A stretch of 61,026 nt of DNA, filler included, from 7 parts of 7 records of this genome joined end to end with filler, not necessarily neighbours in it, one strand, 5' to 3'; positions 19,539-29,077 are shown, numbered from the whole stretch's first letter. The notes: generated by a model not told the origin, from the sequence alone. Numbers and translations are program-made.

Positions 19539-20630
19539 ATGGACATGAAACCTGATTTTGATGGACGATTCAAGCGCGTGGTCAACCACCAGGAGGCGGA
19601 TCGGGTGCCGCTGTGCGAGGTGCTGATCGCCTATCCCATTCAGAGTCAATTTCTGGGACGCATGGTGACGTCCGAGGACGTGGAAGCCCAGGTGGAATTC
19701 TGGGCCAAGGCGGGATATGATTTCATCCCCATCCCGGTCAGCATGATGACCCCCGGCGGGGTGACGGCCGAATCCGGGATCACGAAAGTCCTTCGGGAGA
19801 AGGTGCAGAAGGAAAGGCCGGATGAGACCGATCCAAAGGCATGGAACCTGGAATTCACCAGCTTCATCCATGAGCGGGAGGATTTCGAGGCGTTTCCCTG
19901 GGAAGCGGCGGCCGAACTCGATTTTACCAACCTTCATAAGGCGGAACCCCTGCTTCCGGAAGGGATGAAGGTCGTTGCCGTATCCGGCAAGATCTTTACC
20001 CTGACCTGGATGCTCATGGGGTTCCAGAATTTCTCCATGAAGCTCATTCTGGAACCCCAACTGGTGGCGGATGTCTTCAAAAAGGTGGCTGAAATTCAGT
20101 TCAGCGCCCTTGAGCGCATTCTGTCGAAAGACCATGTGGGGGCGGTCTGGGTTGTGGACGACATTGCCTTCGGTACCGGCCCCATGATCTCTCCCGACGC
20201 TTTTCGCGAGCACGTCTTCTTCTGGTACGCCAAAATGGCGAAGCGATGCCATGAATCGGACCGGATCTTTATTATGCATACGGACGGCGATGTAACATCC
20301 TTGATGCCGGATATCATAAAGACAGGCATAGATGTGTTGCAGCCCATCGACCCCACGTGCATGGATATCGTCAAAATGAAAAGGGAATATGGCGATCGCA
20401 TCACCCTTGTGGGAAACGTGGCCAATGAACTGCTCCAACGCGGCTCAACGGAGGATGTGGCGGAATACACCCGTCACCTCCTCCGTGAGGTGGCGCCCGG
20501 CGGCGGATTCTGCGTGGGTTCGGGCAATTCCGTTCCGGACTGGGCAAAATTCGAAAATTACATGGCCATGCGGGATACCACCCTCAAGCATGGTGCCTAT
20601 CCCATTTCCATCGGAAAGGAAAATTTATGA
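19539..20630 (+). CDS. Uroporphyrinogen-decarboxylase-like (URO-D/MT1-type) protein, probable substrate:corrinoid methyltransferase
   Basis: 'DRVP', 'DDIAFGTGPMISP', 'MHTDG', 'GDRITLVGNV', 'GGGF..GSGNSV'; inside a corrinoid operon. Confidence 0.82.
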   Translation: MDMKPDFDGRFKRVVNHQEADRVPLCEVLIAYPIQSQFLGRMVTSEDVEAQVEFWAKAGYDFIPIPVSMMTPGGVTAESGITKVLREKVQKERPDETDPKAWNLEFTSFIHEREDFEAFPWEAAAELDFTNLHKAEPLLPEGMKVVAVSGKIFTLTWMLMGFQNFSMKLILEPQLVADVFKKVAEIQFSALERILSKDHVGAVWVVDDIAFGTGPMISPDAFREHVFFWYAKMAKRCHESDRIFIMHTDGDVTSLMPDIIKTGIDVLQPIDPTCMDIVKMKREYGDRITLVGNVANELLQRGSTEDVAEYTRHLLREVAPGGGFCVGSGNSVPDWAKFENYMAMRDTTLKHGAYPISIGKENL

Positions 20631-21271
20631 GCGATCAACTCCAACGGATAAAGGACGCCGTGATCACACGGCAAAAGAACGAGATTCAGGGGCTGGTGAA
20701 AGCGGCCGTTGATGAAGGCCTTCATGTGAACAGGATCATAGAAAGTGGTCTCATCGCGGCCATGGATGTGGTGGGGGAACGGTTTGCGAAAGGCGATATT
20801 TTCGTGCCCGAGATGCTCGTATCCGCTCTTACCATGAAGCTTGGCCTGGAAACGGTGAAGCCTTTCTTGAAGGGCGGTGAGACAGAGTCCAAGGGATCCG
20901 TGGTCATGGCTACGGTCAAAGGCGACCTTCACGATATCGGGAAGAACTTTGTCATCATGATGCTGGAAGGGGCGGGTTTTCAGGTTACGGATTTGGGCGT
21001 GGATTTGAGCGTGGAAAAACTCATGGCTGAAATCGAGACCATAAAGCCGGACATCCTGGGCCTTTCGGCTCTTTTAACCACTACCTTGTCGGAAATGGAG
21101 CTGGTCATAGAGGAACTTAAGGCCAATGGTTTGAGGGACAAGGTAAAGGTGATGGTGGGAGGCGCGCCGGTCAAAAAAACCTTTGCCGAAAGGATCGGAG
21201 CCGACGGTTACGGCGCCGATGCCACCGAGGCGGTAGCAACGGCCCGGGCATTGGTGGAAAGAACCCGTTGA
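20627..21271 (+). CDS. Cognate corrinoid (B12-binding) protein, MtaC/MttC-like
   Basis: Cap domain 'FVPEML', D-x-H-x-x-G 'GDLHDIGKN', 'GLSALLTTT', 'VGGAP', 'IGADGY'. Confidence 0.95.
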   Translation: MSDQLQRIKDAVITRQKNEIQGLVKAAVDEGLHVNRIIESGLIAAMDVVGERFAKGDIFVPEMLVSALTMKLGLETVKPFLKGGETESKGSVVMATVKGDLHDIGKNFVIMMLEGAGFQVTDLGVDLSVEKLMAEIETIKPDILGLSALLTTTLSEMELVIEELKANGLRDKVKVMVGGAPVKKTFAERIGADGYGADATEAVATARALVERTR

Positions 21272-21296
21272 GGGTCTGGAAAGGAAACAAGAAGGT

Positions 21297-22091
21297 ATGC
21301 TCATCGTCGCTGAAAGAATTAACTCGTCACGAAAGTCCCTTGCACAAGCCATGGAAATTCAAGACAAGGGATTCATCCAAAATGAGGCCAGGATGCAGGC
21401 CGAAGCCGGGGCCGATTATATCGATGTGAACGCCGGTTCCTTCATCGGCGAAGAAGCGGAACGGCTTCAATGGGTGATTCGGGCCGTCCAGGAAGTCACC
21501 CTTCTACCCCTATTCATCGACAGCCCGGATCCGGAAGTCATCAAGGCGGTTTTGCCCCTTCTGCACAGATCGCCCATGGTCAATTCCATCACCATGGAAC
21601 CGGTCAGGCTGGAAGGCATTTTGCCGCTTGTGGCCGAACAGGGGGCCAAGGTGATCGGTCTGTGTCAATCCGAGGATACCCTGGCCGAAACCGCGGACGA
21701 AAAGGTCCGGCTGGCCGAACAGCTGGTGGATGAGGTTTCAAAAACCGGCATCCCCCTGGATGACCTCTATATCGATCCCCTGGTCTATCCCATTTCATCC
21801 AATCCCCTTTCCGCTCTTGCCGTTCTGGAAGCCGTTGAGCGGATCATGCAGGAATTCCCCGGTGTTCATACCATCTGCGGCCTGACCAATGTGTCCTACG
21901 GGCTCCCCAGACGGAAACTCATCAACCGGACCTTTCTGGTATCCGCCGTTACCAAGGGGCTTGACGCCGTCATCATGGATCCCACGGACAAAACGCTTTT
22001 CGGCGCCCTCAGGGCGGCGCTGGCGGTGGTTTCAAAAGATGAATACTGTATGGAATATATTAACGCCTTCAGGGATGGGCGTTTGCCGTAA
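21297..22091 (+). CDS. Methylcorrinoid:tetrahydrofolate methyltransferase (AcsE/MT2 family), copy 2
   Basis: Same motifs and the same 264-aa length as 15597-16391; aligns without gaps. Confidence 0.92.
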   Translation: MLIVAERINSSRKSLAQAMEIQDKGFIQNEARMQAEAGADYIDVNAGSFIGEEAERLQWVIRAVQEVTLLPLFIDSPDPEVIKAVLPLLHRSPMVNSITMEPVRLEGILPLVAEQGAKVIGLCQSEDTLAETADEKVRLAEQLVDEVSKTGIPLDDLYIDPLVYPISSNPLSALAVLEAVERIMQEFPGVHTICGLTNVSYGLPRRKLINRTFLVSAVTKGLDAVIMDPTDKTLFGALRAALAVVSKDEYCMEYINAFRDGRLP

Positions 22092-22113
22092 TGAATAGAT
22101 TAAGGAGTCGAAT

Positions 22114-24063
22114 ATGTTGACCCACAGAGAGCGAATATTGAAAGTGGTGAGAGGCGAACTGGTCGACAAAATACCATGGGTGCCCAGAATCGATCTCTGG
22201 CATAACGCCCATCACTTGTCAGGAACCCTGCCGAAAAAATACAAAGGGTTGAGTGTGGAGGAGATACATCGCGCGGAAGGGTGGCCTTTGCACAAGATGA
22301 TCCCCGAATATCTGAAGCCGGAAAATCCCGAGGATATTGTGCATCGGGGTATCGGGCTCTATCGCCTGAAGGAGTTTCCCTATGATTTTGAATTTTCTTC
22401 CGATGTAAACATCCGGGTGGAATATGAGGATGATGGCGACGAGAAAATGACCCATGTGGAATATCATACGCCCGTGGGGATGGTGAGTGTCAGGCACGGA
22501 ACCACCAATGAGATGCAAAGATCCGGGGCCTCCATTACGTGGGTCAAGGAACCCGCCATCAAGCGCTTGGAAGATTATTCCGTTTTGGCGCACATCTTTG
22601 GGAATCTTACCCTGAAACCGGCTTACGAGCGTTTTCTCCGCTGGAAAAGGGGCGTTGGGGAGGACGGGGTTGCAGTGGGGCAGGGGCTTGGGATCGCATG
22701 TTCTTCTCCCATGCATTTCATCCAAAAAACCTTCCTGGGCGCCTCGGCTTTCTATTATCACTATCATGACCACAAAAAAGAGATGGGAGAACTGACCGAG
22801 GCCCTGGCGCATGCCTATGATCAGTTGCTCCCCATCCTTGCGGCTTCCCCCGCGGATGTGGTCTTGTGGTCCGCAAACGTGGACGACATGGTGACCTACC
22901 CCGCCTATTTTGAAAAGGAGATCATGCCCTGGTGCCGGAGGGCCTCTGAAACGCTCCATGCCGAAGGGATCCTTCTCGCCATGCACCCGGACGGGGAAAA
23001 CCGCGGGCTGATGGATTTGATCCCCGCATGCGGCATGGACATGGCGGATGCCGTAACCCCTTACCCCATGACCAAGGTGACCATCGATGAATATTATGAT
23101 AGATGGTGCCGGTCCGGCAATCTGACCATCCACGGCGGTATTCCGGAGGTCATGCTCCTTGAGGAATCCACCTCCTGGGACGACCTTAAAGAGTATCTCG
23201 ACCATATGTTCAAGGTCATATGGCCCGGGAAGCGGCTGATCGCCTCCATAGGGGATACCAGTCCCCCCAATACCCAATTTGAACGATTGGTCTATATCGG
23301 AGAACGCTTTGAAAAAGAAGGGAGGCTCCCCTTGGAAGCAGGATCCATGAGACCCATTACGGAGAGCCGGATCAAAGAGACCGGGGCGCGTTTAACCAAG
23401 AAGGCCGCTTCCCCGTCCCATGGAGAATTTCAGGCCGTTCGGGAGCGGGTGCTCAAGGGGGATCACAAAAATATCAAGGAAGAAATTCAGAAGATGCTTG
23501 ACAATGGTTTCAAGGCGCGGAATATCCTTCAGCAAGGGATGCTTTCCGCCATGGAAGTCATCGGTGAAAAATTTAAAGACGGGAGTGTCTTCATTCCCGA
23601 AGTCTTTCTCTCAGCCAGAGCCATAAACGAGGGCCTCTTGGTTCTGCAACCTCACCTGGTAAGTCTTGACAAAGAAAGCAGGGGGACGATCATGATCGGG
23701 ACTGTTCGAGGGGATCTTCATGACATCGGGAAGAATATGGTTCTGACCATGCTGAAAGGGGTCGGTTTTGATACGGTGGACCTCGGCATAAATGTTAAGA
23801 CGGATGATTTTGTTCGTCAGGTGGCGGAGACGAAACCGGATATCCTCGGCCTATCCGCCCTTCTGACAACCACCATGCCCGAGATGGAAGGGGTGATTGA
23901 CGCCCTTAGGGGGAACGGGTTGAGAGAAAATCTCAAAATTATCGTCGGAGGCGCCCCGGTCAACGGGAAGTTCGCCGAACGGATCGGGGCGGACGGGTAT
24001 GCCCGGGATGCGGGTGCTGCCATACCCCTGGTTAAACAACTGCTGCGCGGTCCATCCGTATAG
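22114..24063 (+). CDS. Fused URO-D-like methyltransferase + C-terminal corrinoid-binding protein
   Basis: N-terminal ~410 aa URO-D-like ('MHPDGEN', 'TIHGGIP'); C-terminal B12 cap and binding domain 'GDLHDIGKN...GLSALLTTT...VGGAP'. Confidence 0.88.
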   Translation: MLTHRERILKVVRGELVDKIPWVPRIDLWHNAHHLSGTLPKKYKGLSVEEIHRAEGWPLHKMIPEYLKPENPEDIVHRGIGLYRLKEFPYDFEFSSDVNIRVEYEDDGDEKMTHVEYHTPVGMVSVRHGTTNEMQRSGASITWVKEPAIKRLEDYSVLAHIFGNLTLKPAYERFLRWKRGVGEDGVAVGQGLGIACSSPMHFIQKTFLGASAFYYHYHDHKKEMGELTEALAHAYDQLLPILAASPADVVLWSANVDDMVTYPAYFEKEIMPWCRRASETLHAEGILLAMHPDGENRGLMDLIPACGMDMADAVTPYPMTKVTIDEYYDRWCRSGNLTIHGGIPEVMLLEESTSWDDLKEYLDHMFKVIWPGKRLIASIGDTSPPNTQFERLVYIGERFEKEGRLPLEAGSMRPITESRIKETGARLTKKAASPSHGEFQAVRERVLKGDHKNIKEEIQKMLDNGFKARNILQQGMLSAMEVIGEKFKDGSVFIPEVFLSARAINEGLLVLQPHLVSLDKESRGTIMIGTVRGDLHDIGKNMVLTMLKGVGFDTVDLGINVKTDDFVRQVAETKPDILGLSALLTTTMPEMEGVIDALRGNGLRENLKIIVGGAPVNGKFAERIGADGYARDAGAAIPLVKQLLRGPSV

Positions 24064-24089
24064 AAAAAATTGAGAGGAGGAAGGGTCGA

Positions 24090-24782
24090 TTGATGCCGGG
24101 GGAGAAAAAGGGGAATACGGTTATAGTCGCCTGCCGGGTGATGGCGCCGGAACTGGAGTATGTTCGGGCGCAAAAGATCGGCGTGGAGATTCGCTACCTG
24201 GACCAGGGATTACACCGAACACCCGACAAGATGGCGGATCTAATCCAGGAACAGATCGATGAGGCGGCCCACTACGCCGGGCGGGTGGTCTTGGGATATG
24301 GGCTCTGCTCCAACGGGATCGTGGGTGTCACGGCCAGGCGCCAACCCCTTCTGGTCCCCCGATGTCACGATTGCATCGCTTTTTTCATGGGGTCTTTAGA
24401 GGCTCATAAAAAAGCTTTTAAGGAAAGACCCGGGACATATTATCTGACGCCCGGGTGGATTATGGAAGGAAAAGACCCTTTGGGCATCGTCGAAGATGAC
24501 TATATGCAACGGTTTGACCGGGAAACGTCCGTGTGGGTCATGGAGGAGGAATTAAAGCATTATACCCATATGGTCCTGATCAATACGGGCGTGGGAGATT
24601 TGGATGAGCCCAGGGACAGGGCCATGGAAAACGCCCGTTTTTTTAAGAAACAATATGAGGAGATCCAGGGGAATCTGAATTATTTCAGGAAGCTTGTTGA
24701 AGGCCCCTATACGGATCAGGATTTCTTTTCCCTTCCGCCCTGCCAAGCTGTTACCCAGGAGATGTATCTTGAAAACGGTTAG
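24090..24782 (+). CDS. DUF1638 domain protein (corrinoid-system associated)
   Basis: 'IVAC.V...E', 'GLH.TP', 'LGYGLCSNG', 'PRCHDCIAFF.GS', 'GTYYLTPGW'. Confidence 0.88.
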   Translation: MMPGEKKGNTVIVACRVMAPELEYVRAQKIGVEIRYLDQGLHRTPDKMADLIQEQIDEAAHYAGRVVLGYGLCSNGIVGVTARRQPLLVPRCHDCIAFFMGSLEAHKKAFKERPGTYYLTPGWIMEGKDPLGIVEDDYMQRFDRETSVWVMEEELKHYTHMVLINTGVGDLDEPRDRAMENARFFKKQYEEIQGNLNYFRKLVEGPYTDQDFFSLPPCQAVTQEMYLENG

Positions 24783-24905
24783 GATGTTCCGGTTCCTGGC
24801 TGTCCCACGGATCGTGACATCTGGTTAGGTGAAAATTCTTCGCCAATTTTGAAACGAGCCGGGTTTCCTCCTGAAACACTAAAATATCTTTATTTCTGAT
24901 GATTT

Positions 24906-25239
24906 TCAATTGATCCGTTTTTTTCCCTCCCACTCCTTTTCCCGGAGTTTGAACTTCTGTATTTTACCCGTTGCGGTTTTCGGCAGCTCACCGAATTCCA
25001 CATGTTTGGGCGCCTTGAAACGGGCAAGGTGTTTTTTGGTAAATGAAATGATATCCTCCTCGGATGGGCTGCTGCCGGGTTTGGGTACGACAAAAGCCTT
25101 GGGAACCTCGCCCCATTTCGGGTCCGGTACCGGAATGACGGCCACTTCCAGGACATGAGGATGCCCGTATATGGCGTTTTCAACTTCAACAGTGGAAATA
25201 TTTTCACCACCGCTGATGATGATATCCTTTTTCCTGTCC
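24906..25239 (-). CDS. Acyl-CoA synthetase/AMP-binding enzyme, 3' part (truncated by contig end)
   Basis: Frame extends to 'DRKKDIIISGGENISTVEVE...DPKWGEVPKAFVV...LPKTATGKIQK'. Confidence 0.92.
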
Positions 25240-25339
25240 NNNNNNNNNNNNNNNNNNNNNNNNNNNNNNNNNNNNNNNNNNNNTTAATTAATTAANNNNN
25301 NNNNNNNNNNNNNNNNNNNNNNNNNNNNNNNNNNNNNNN
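25240..25339. other. Artificial contig spacer
   Basis: N44-TTAATTAATTAA-N44. Confidence 0.98.
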
Positions 25340-25622
25340 ATAAAAAGGTATGTCATATTTCTAAAACAAAAACACCGAGCCTTGCTTCTGCCATTTCCCA
25401 CCTTTCTGAAATCATTGGTAGCGGTTGATCATACCGGTATTAGTGCTGACCCTGGTATTACTCATTTCTCTTGTGGTTATCGTTCGATATATATGATCAT
25501 TTTAAAAATTCAGATTGATGCAATATAGGTTGAGTATTCGCTTTGCCTGACGGCGACCAATATCAAAAGAAAACAACCCTACAAAAAGATCTCAAAAATA
25601 GAGAACGCATATCACCACTTGT

Positions 25623-26975
25623 TCAAATAACCGGTAGGCTGATACGGACATCCAATCCGCCTTCCGAGGCGTTGGATGCCGTGATGGTTCCGTCGTGGCG
25701 CTGGACGGCTCTTTTTGCAATGGAAAGACCCAGGCCGGAGGTGCCCGGTGCTTTTTTTACCTGAAAAAATGGATCGAAAAGCTTAGGCAGATCGCGTTCG
25801 GGAATCCCCGGTCCCTGATCCTTGATGTTAATGACAATATTGCCTGCCGCATTGTCCTGGGAAAGGGAAATTTTCACTGTTTTTTCCGGGGTATGCCGAA
25901 TGGCATTGCGAAGGATATTTTCAACGGCACTGTATAGAAGATCATAGTTGCCAGAAACAATAAAGCCGTCCTTGTTTTCAAATGCCACCCGGCAATTTTG
26001 TTTGGAGGCCTCGAACTCAGCCTCTACTTTTATGCTCCAAATTAATTGGCCCAGGTCAATGTCCCGGACCTCCAGGGGGGCGTCCGGGGTCTGTATCCTG
26101 GCAAGGGTAAGCATTTGTCCAATGAGTCGGTTCATGGTATCCACCTGCCGGTTCATAAGGTCCAGATTATCCAGGTTCTGTTCAGAAGCATCCTGGGCTG
26201 CCAGCTCCAGGGCAATTTTCAGCCGTGCCATGGGAGAGCGCAGTTCGTGGGACATGTCCCGCATCAGTGCTTCCTTTGATTTTATTAATGCTTCAATATG
26301 GACGGCCATATCATCCAAGTCGAGGGCCAGTTCATAAAGCTCATCCCTGCGCCCCCCAAAATCGGAGGCCACCCGTTCGCCGAATTGGCCCCGGGCTATT
26401 TTCCGTGATACCACCTTGAGTTGTTCCACCGGTTTTGTAATGTGGCGGGCCAAAAGAAAACAAATCAGTCCCGAGACAGCCAGGAGTGTAAGCAGGTGGA
26501 TGAATTTTTGAGGTGTTGGTCTGAACAGGTGATAAAATCGGCTTTCAGGAAACTGGGCAAGGATGATATATTTACGGTCCCCCTGATCGTGGATTAATTT
26601 TGCTGCCAGGGGGTAGCGGATCCAAAATTTAAACTGGGGACTGCCTGTGGCAAGGACGGATTTGACCAAGGCTCCGGCACGAATTGGAGGTCTTTTTCCA
26701 TGAATCAATTCCCCTGTTCCGGAATAAAGAAAAAGAGTGAACCCGGACTCTTCATATGCTATCTTGAAAAATCGGTCCACGGCTCCGGCCTCCATCCTGT
26801 TGTGCAGGCCTGCAGCCACCAGACCGGCCCTGGCAAGGCGGGCGAGGGTCTGCTCCCGTACTCTGAACAGCAGGTTGTCTGATGACAACAGGGCAAATGA
26901 GATATATGCCGCCCCGCCAAGCAGAACCATGGATAACCAGAACCAGATGAAAATTTTGAAAAACAAGGAGCGCAT
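25623..26975 (-). CDS. HAMP-domain sensor histidine kinase (CpxA-like)
   Basis: Probable start 'MRSLFFKIFIWFW', 2 TM, HAMP, 'SHELRSPMARL', 'ENILRNAIRH', 'D.GPGI', 'GLGLSI'. Confidence 0.92.
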   Translation of the reverse strand: MRSLFFKIFIWFWLSMVLLGGAAYISFALLSSDNLLFRVREQTLARLARAGLVAAGLHNRMEAGAVDRFFKIAYEESGFTLFLYSGTGELIHGKRPPIRAGALVKSVLATGSPQFKFWIRYPLAAKLIHDQGDRKYIILAQFPESRFYHLFRPTPQKFIHLLTLLAVSGLICFLLARHITKPVEQLKVVSRKIARGQFGERVASDFGGRRDELYELALDLDDMAVHIEALIKSKEALMRDMSHELRSPMARLKIALELAAQDASEQNLDNLDLMNRQVDTMNRLIGQMLTLARIQTPDAPLEVRDIDLGQLIWSIKVEAEFEASKQNCRVAFENKDGFIVSGNYDLLYSAVENILRNAIRHTPEKTVKISLSQDNAAGNIVINIKDQGPGIPERDLPKLFDPFFQVKKAPGTSGLGLSIAKRAVQRHDGTITASNASEGGLDVRISLPVI

Positions 26976-26979
26976 GGAC

Positions 26980-27690
26980 TTACCGACTATGGATGGAACC
27001 TGAAAAAACATAACCTTCTCCACGCACGGCTCGGATCAGTCGAGAGCCCCTTGCCCCCAGTTTTTTTCGAAGGTTGGAAATGTGGACATCAAGGCTTCTG
27101 TCCAAAGGAAGGTATTCACGGTCCAGGACTTTTATATACAATTGCTCACGTTTGACCACCTCGCCCCGGGCTGAAACCAAAATATCAAGAAGATTAAACT
27201 CCACCCCGGTAAGGGATAGGTCCGTGCCTTGGCGTTCGACCCTGCGGCCCTGGATATTCATGGCAATATCCTTGTCCAAAACAATGGGGGCTGGTCCGGG
27301 GGTAACGGTTTTCGGTGCATTCCCCTGGGTTCTGCGCAGGATGGACCGGATTCTGGCCAGAAGCTCTCTGGGGTTGAATGGCTTGGGCAAGTAATCGTCC
27401 GCCCCAATTTCCAGCCCTACAATCCTGTCTGTATCTTCTCCCTTTGCCGTGAGCATCAGCACTGGAACGGCAGTTTCGTGCCGCAGTTCACGCAGCACGT
27501 CAAGTCCGTTCATGCCTGGCAGCATAATGTCCAGAAGAATCATGTTAAAGGCTCCTTCCAAAGCTGCCTTCAGCCCTGATTCCCCGTCCGAAGCCGTGGT
27601 GATCCGGAAACCTTCCCGGGAGAGGTAGGTCTCCATCAGCTGGCAAAGTTCAGTGTCGTCGTCAATCATCAGGATATGGTGTGGGCTCAT
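26980..27690 (-). CDS. OmpR-family response regulator (CpxR-like)
   Basis: 'LLDIMLP', 'GLEIGADDYLPKPFNPRELLARI', 'DRSLDVHISNLRKKL'. Confidence 0.95.
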   Translation of the reverse strand: MSPHHILMIDDDTELCQLMETYLSREGFRITTASDGESGLKAALEGAFNMILLDIMLPGMNGLDVLRELRHETAVPVLMLTAKGEDTDRIVGLEIGADDYLPKPFNPRELLARIRSILRRTQGNAPKTVTPGPAPIVLDKDIAMNIQGRRVERQGTDLSLTGVEFNLLDILVSARGEVVKREQLYIKVLDREYLPLDRSLDVHISNLRKKLGARGSRLIRAVRGEGYVFSGSIHSR

Positions 27691-27835
27691 CTTTATACCT
27701 CAAAAAATCAGCAGGTCGGTTTGGGCTCATTATACCATAAATAAATACGCAGTGCATCTGTGTCCCGTTTGTCCTGATTTTACCGTAATGAAATCAACTG
27801 CCAGTTAGAATAAGGCACAGGCAATTTTATTGACA

Positions 27836-27850
27836 GTTAAGAATTGTAAA
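27836..27850 (+). promoter_or_regulatory. CpxR-type direct-repeat box
   Basis: GTTAA-N5-GTAAA (CpxR consensus GTAAA-N5-GTAAA) between the regulator and the divergent Spy-like gene. Confidence 0.5.
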
Positions 27851-27982
27851 GACACAGCTTAATCTTTCTTAAGATTACTTAACTTTATTCCCCTGTGGCC
27901 ATGGGGTAAAACAATCATCATCCGAAAGGTTCGGACATGTTTATATCCTAAGATATTATCACCTAACAAAAGGAGTTGACCA

Positions 27983-28483
27983 ATGACAACAAAACTATTT
28001 TCACTTACATTCGTCGTTCTACTGGCTATAACCTGTGCCGTGACTGCCGGCACCTTCAACGGCACATCGTTCTCCCATACATCTGAAGGCTTTAAAACCG
28101 GTTCGGACACTGACGCCGGTCTGGAGACACTGGGAAACGACCGGATTCTCCGAAAACTTAACCTGCTGGCCTTGGCCATTGATCTTTCCGATGACCAGAA
28201 AGCCGCTATCAGGAATATTGTCACCGAAAACAAAGAGGAACTGATTCCCCTTTTGACCGCATTGTCAAGTCATCGGCAGAAATTGAGAAATATGATCCGG
28301 ATCGGGGACACCGACGAGACCGCCATACAGAGGCTCCTGGAGAATCAGGTCGAGGCGAAGATCGACTTGACAGTGATCCGTACAAAAATACGCAGGGAAA
28401 TTCTCACGGTTTTATCCGATGAACAACGAAGCAAAGCCAGAGCACTTTTAACTGCAGCATTTAGTAGATCAACAATCATTTAA
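27983..28483 (+). CDS. Spy/CpxP-family periplasmic protein
   Basis: Signal peptide; two LTxxQ-like motifs ('LSDDQK', 'VLSDEQR'); divergent from the CpxRA-like pair. Confidence 0.85.
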   Translation: MTTKLFSLTFVVLLAITCAVTAGTFNGTSFSHTSEGFKTGSDTDAGLETLGNDRILRKLNLLALAIDLSDDQKAAIRNIVTENKEELIPLLTALSSHRQKLRNMIRIGDTDETAIQRLLENQVEAKIDLTVIRTKIRREILTVLSDEQRSKARALLTAAFSRSTII

Positions 28484-28498
28484 AGGAAAAAACATACC

Positions 28499-28996
28499 AT
28501 GACACAGAAAAATAAGATCGTAAACACCCTTACTCTTACAACCGCATTGACAACTCTTTGGGTCGGCCTGCTTTTATCGGCGGGTTGCCAGTCCGCATCG
28601 GCAGGATCACCCCAGAGAAGGGCCTTAATTATGGACCGTTTTTTTTCAATAATGGATGTAAACGGGGACCTTGCCGTCACCCCTGAAGAGTTCACAGCCG
28701 CCCGGGGGCGGCAGTTTAGTAAAATGGATGCAGATTTGAACGGTATGATCTCCCTTCCCGAATGGGAAAAAAACAGTAAAAAGAGACGCAAGTGGCTTGA
28801 TACAAAAGGAAAAACACCTGCAGTTACCCCACAGGAACAATTTGCACTTCTGGATGCTGACGGAAACGCCTTCATTTCTACTGATGAATTCCTGAGGAGT
28901 TCGGACCCAATTTTCACCCGCATGGATAAAAATAGAGATGGGGTGATTTTAAAAAACGAATTTCTCAGCGGACAGCCCGCGGGCACCTTTTTTTAA
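28499..28996 (+). CDS. Secreted EF-hand calcium-binding protein (4 EF-hands)
   Basis: DVNGDLAVTPEE, DADLNGMISLPE, DADGNAFISTDE, DKNRDGVILKNE; N-terminal signal with a possible lipobox Cys. Confidence 0.85.
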   Translation: MTQKNKIVNTLTLTTALTTLWVGLLLSAGCQSASAGSPQRRALIMDRFFSIMDVNGDLAVTPEEFTAARGRQFSKMDADLNGMISLPEWEKNSKKRRKWLDTKGKTPAVTPQEQFALLDADGNAFISTDEFLRSSDPIFTRMDKNRDGVILKNEFLSGQPAGTFF

Positions 28997-29077
28997 ACCA
29001 GACAATGCCGTTGAAGGCAGATTTACGACTCATTTGAATAAAAAATAATTTCATACCAATAAAGAAAGGAAGATAAA

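Noticed and set aside
15588-23277. Long antisense ORFs (e.g. 15588-16454, 19497-20438, 22219-23277)
   Set aside because: Shadow frames of well-supported genes in GC-rich DNA; no motifs
24061-24093. TAG stop of the fused corrinoid protein as possible pyrrolysine readthrough
   Set aside because: The B12 domain is complete, readthrough meets TGA within about 10 codons, and there are no MttB/MtbB/MtmB-family or pyl genes
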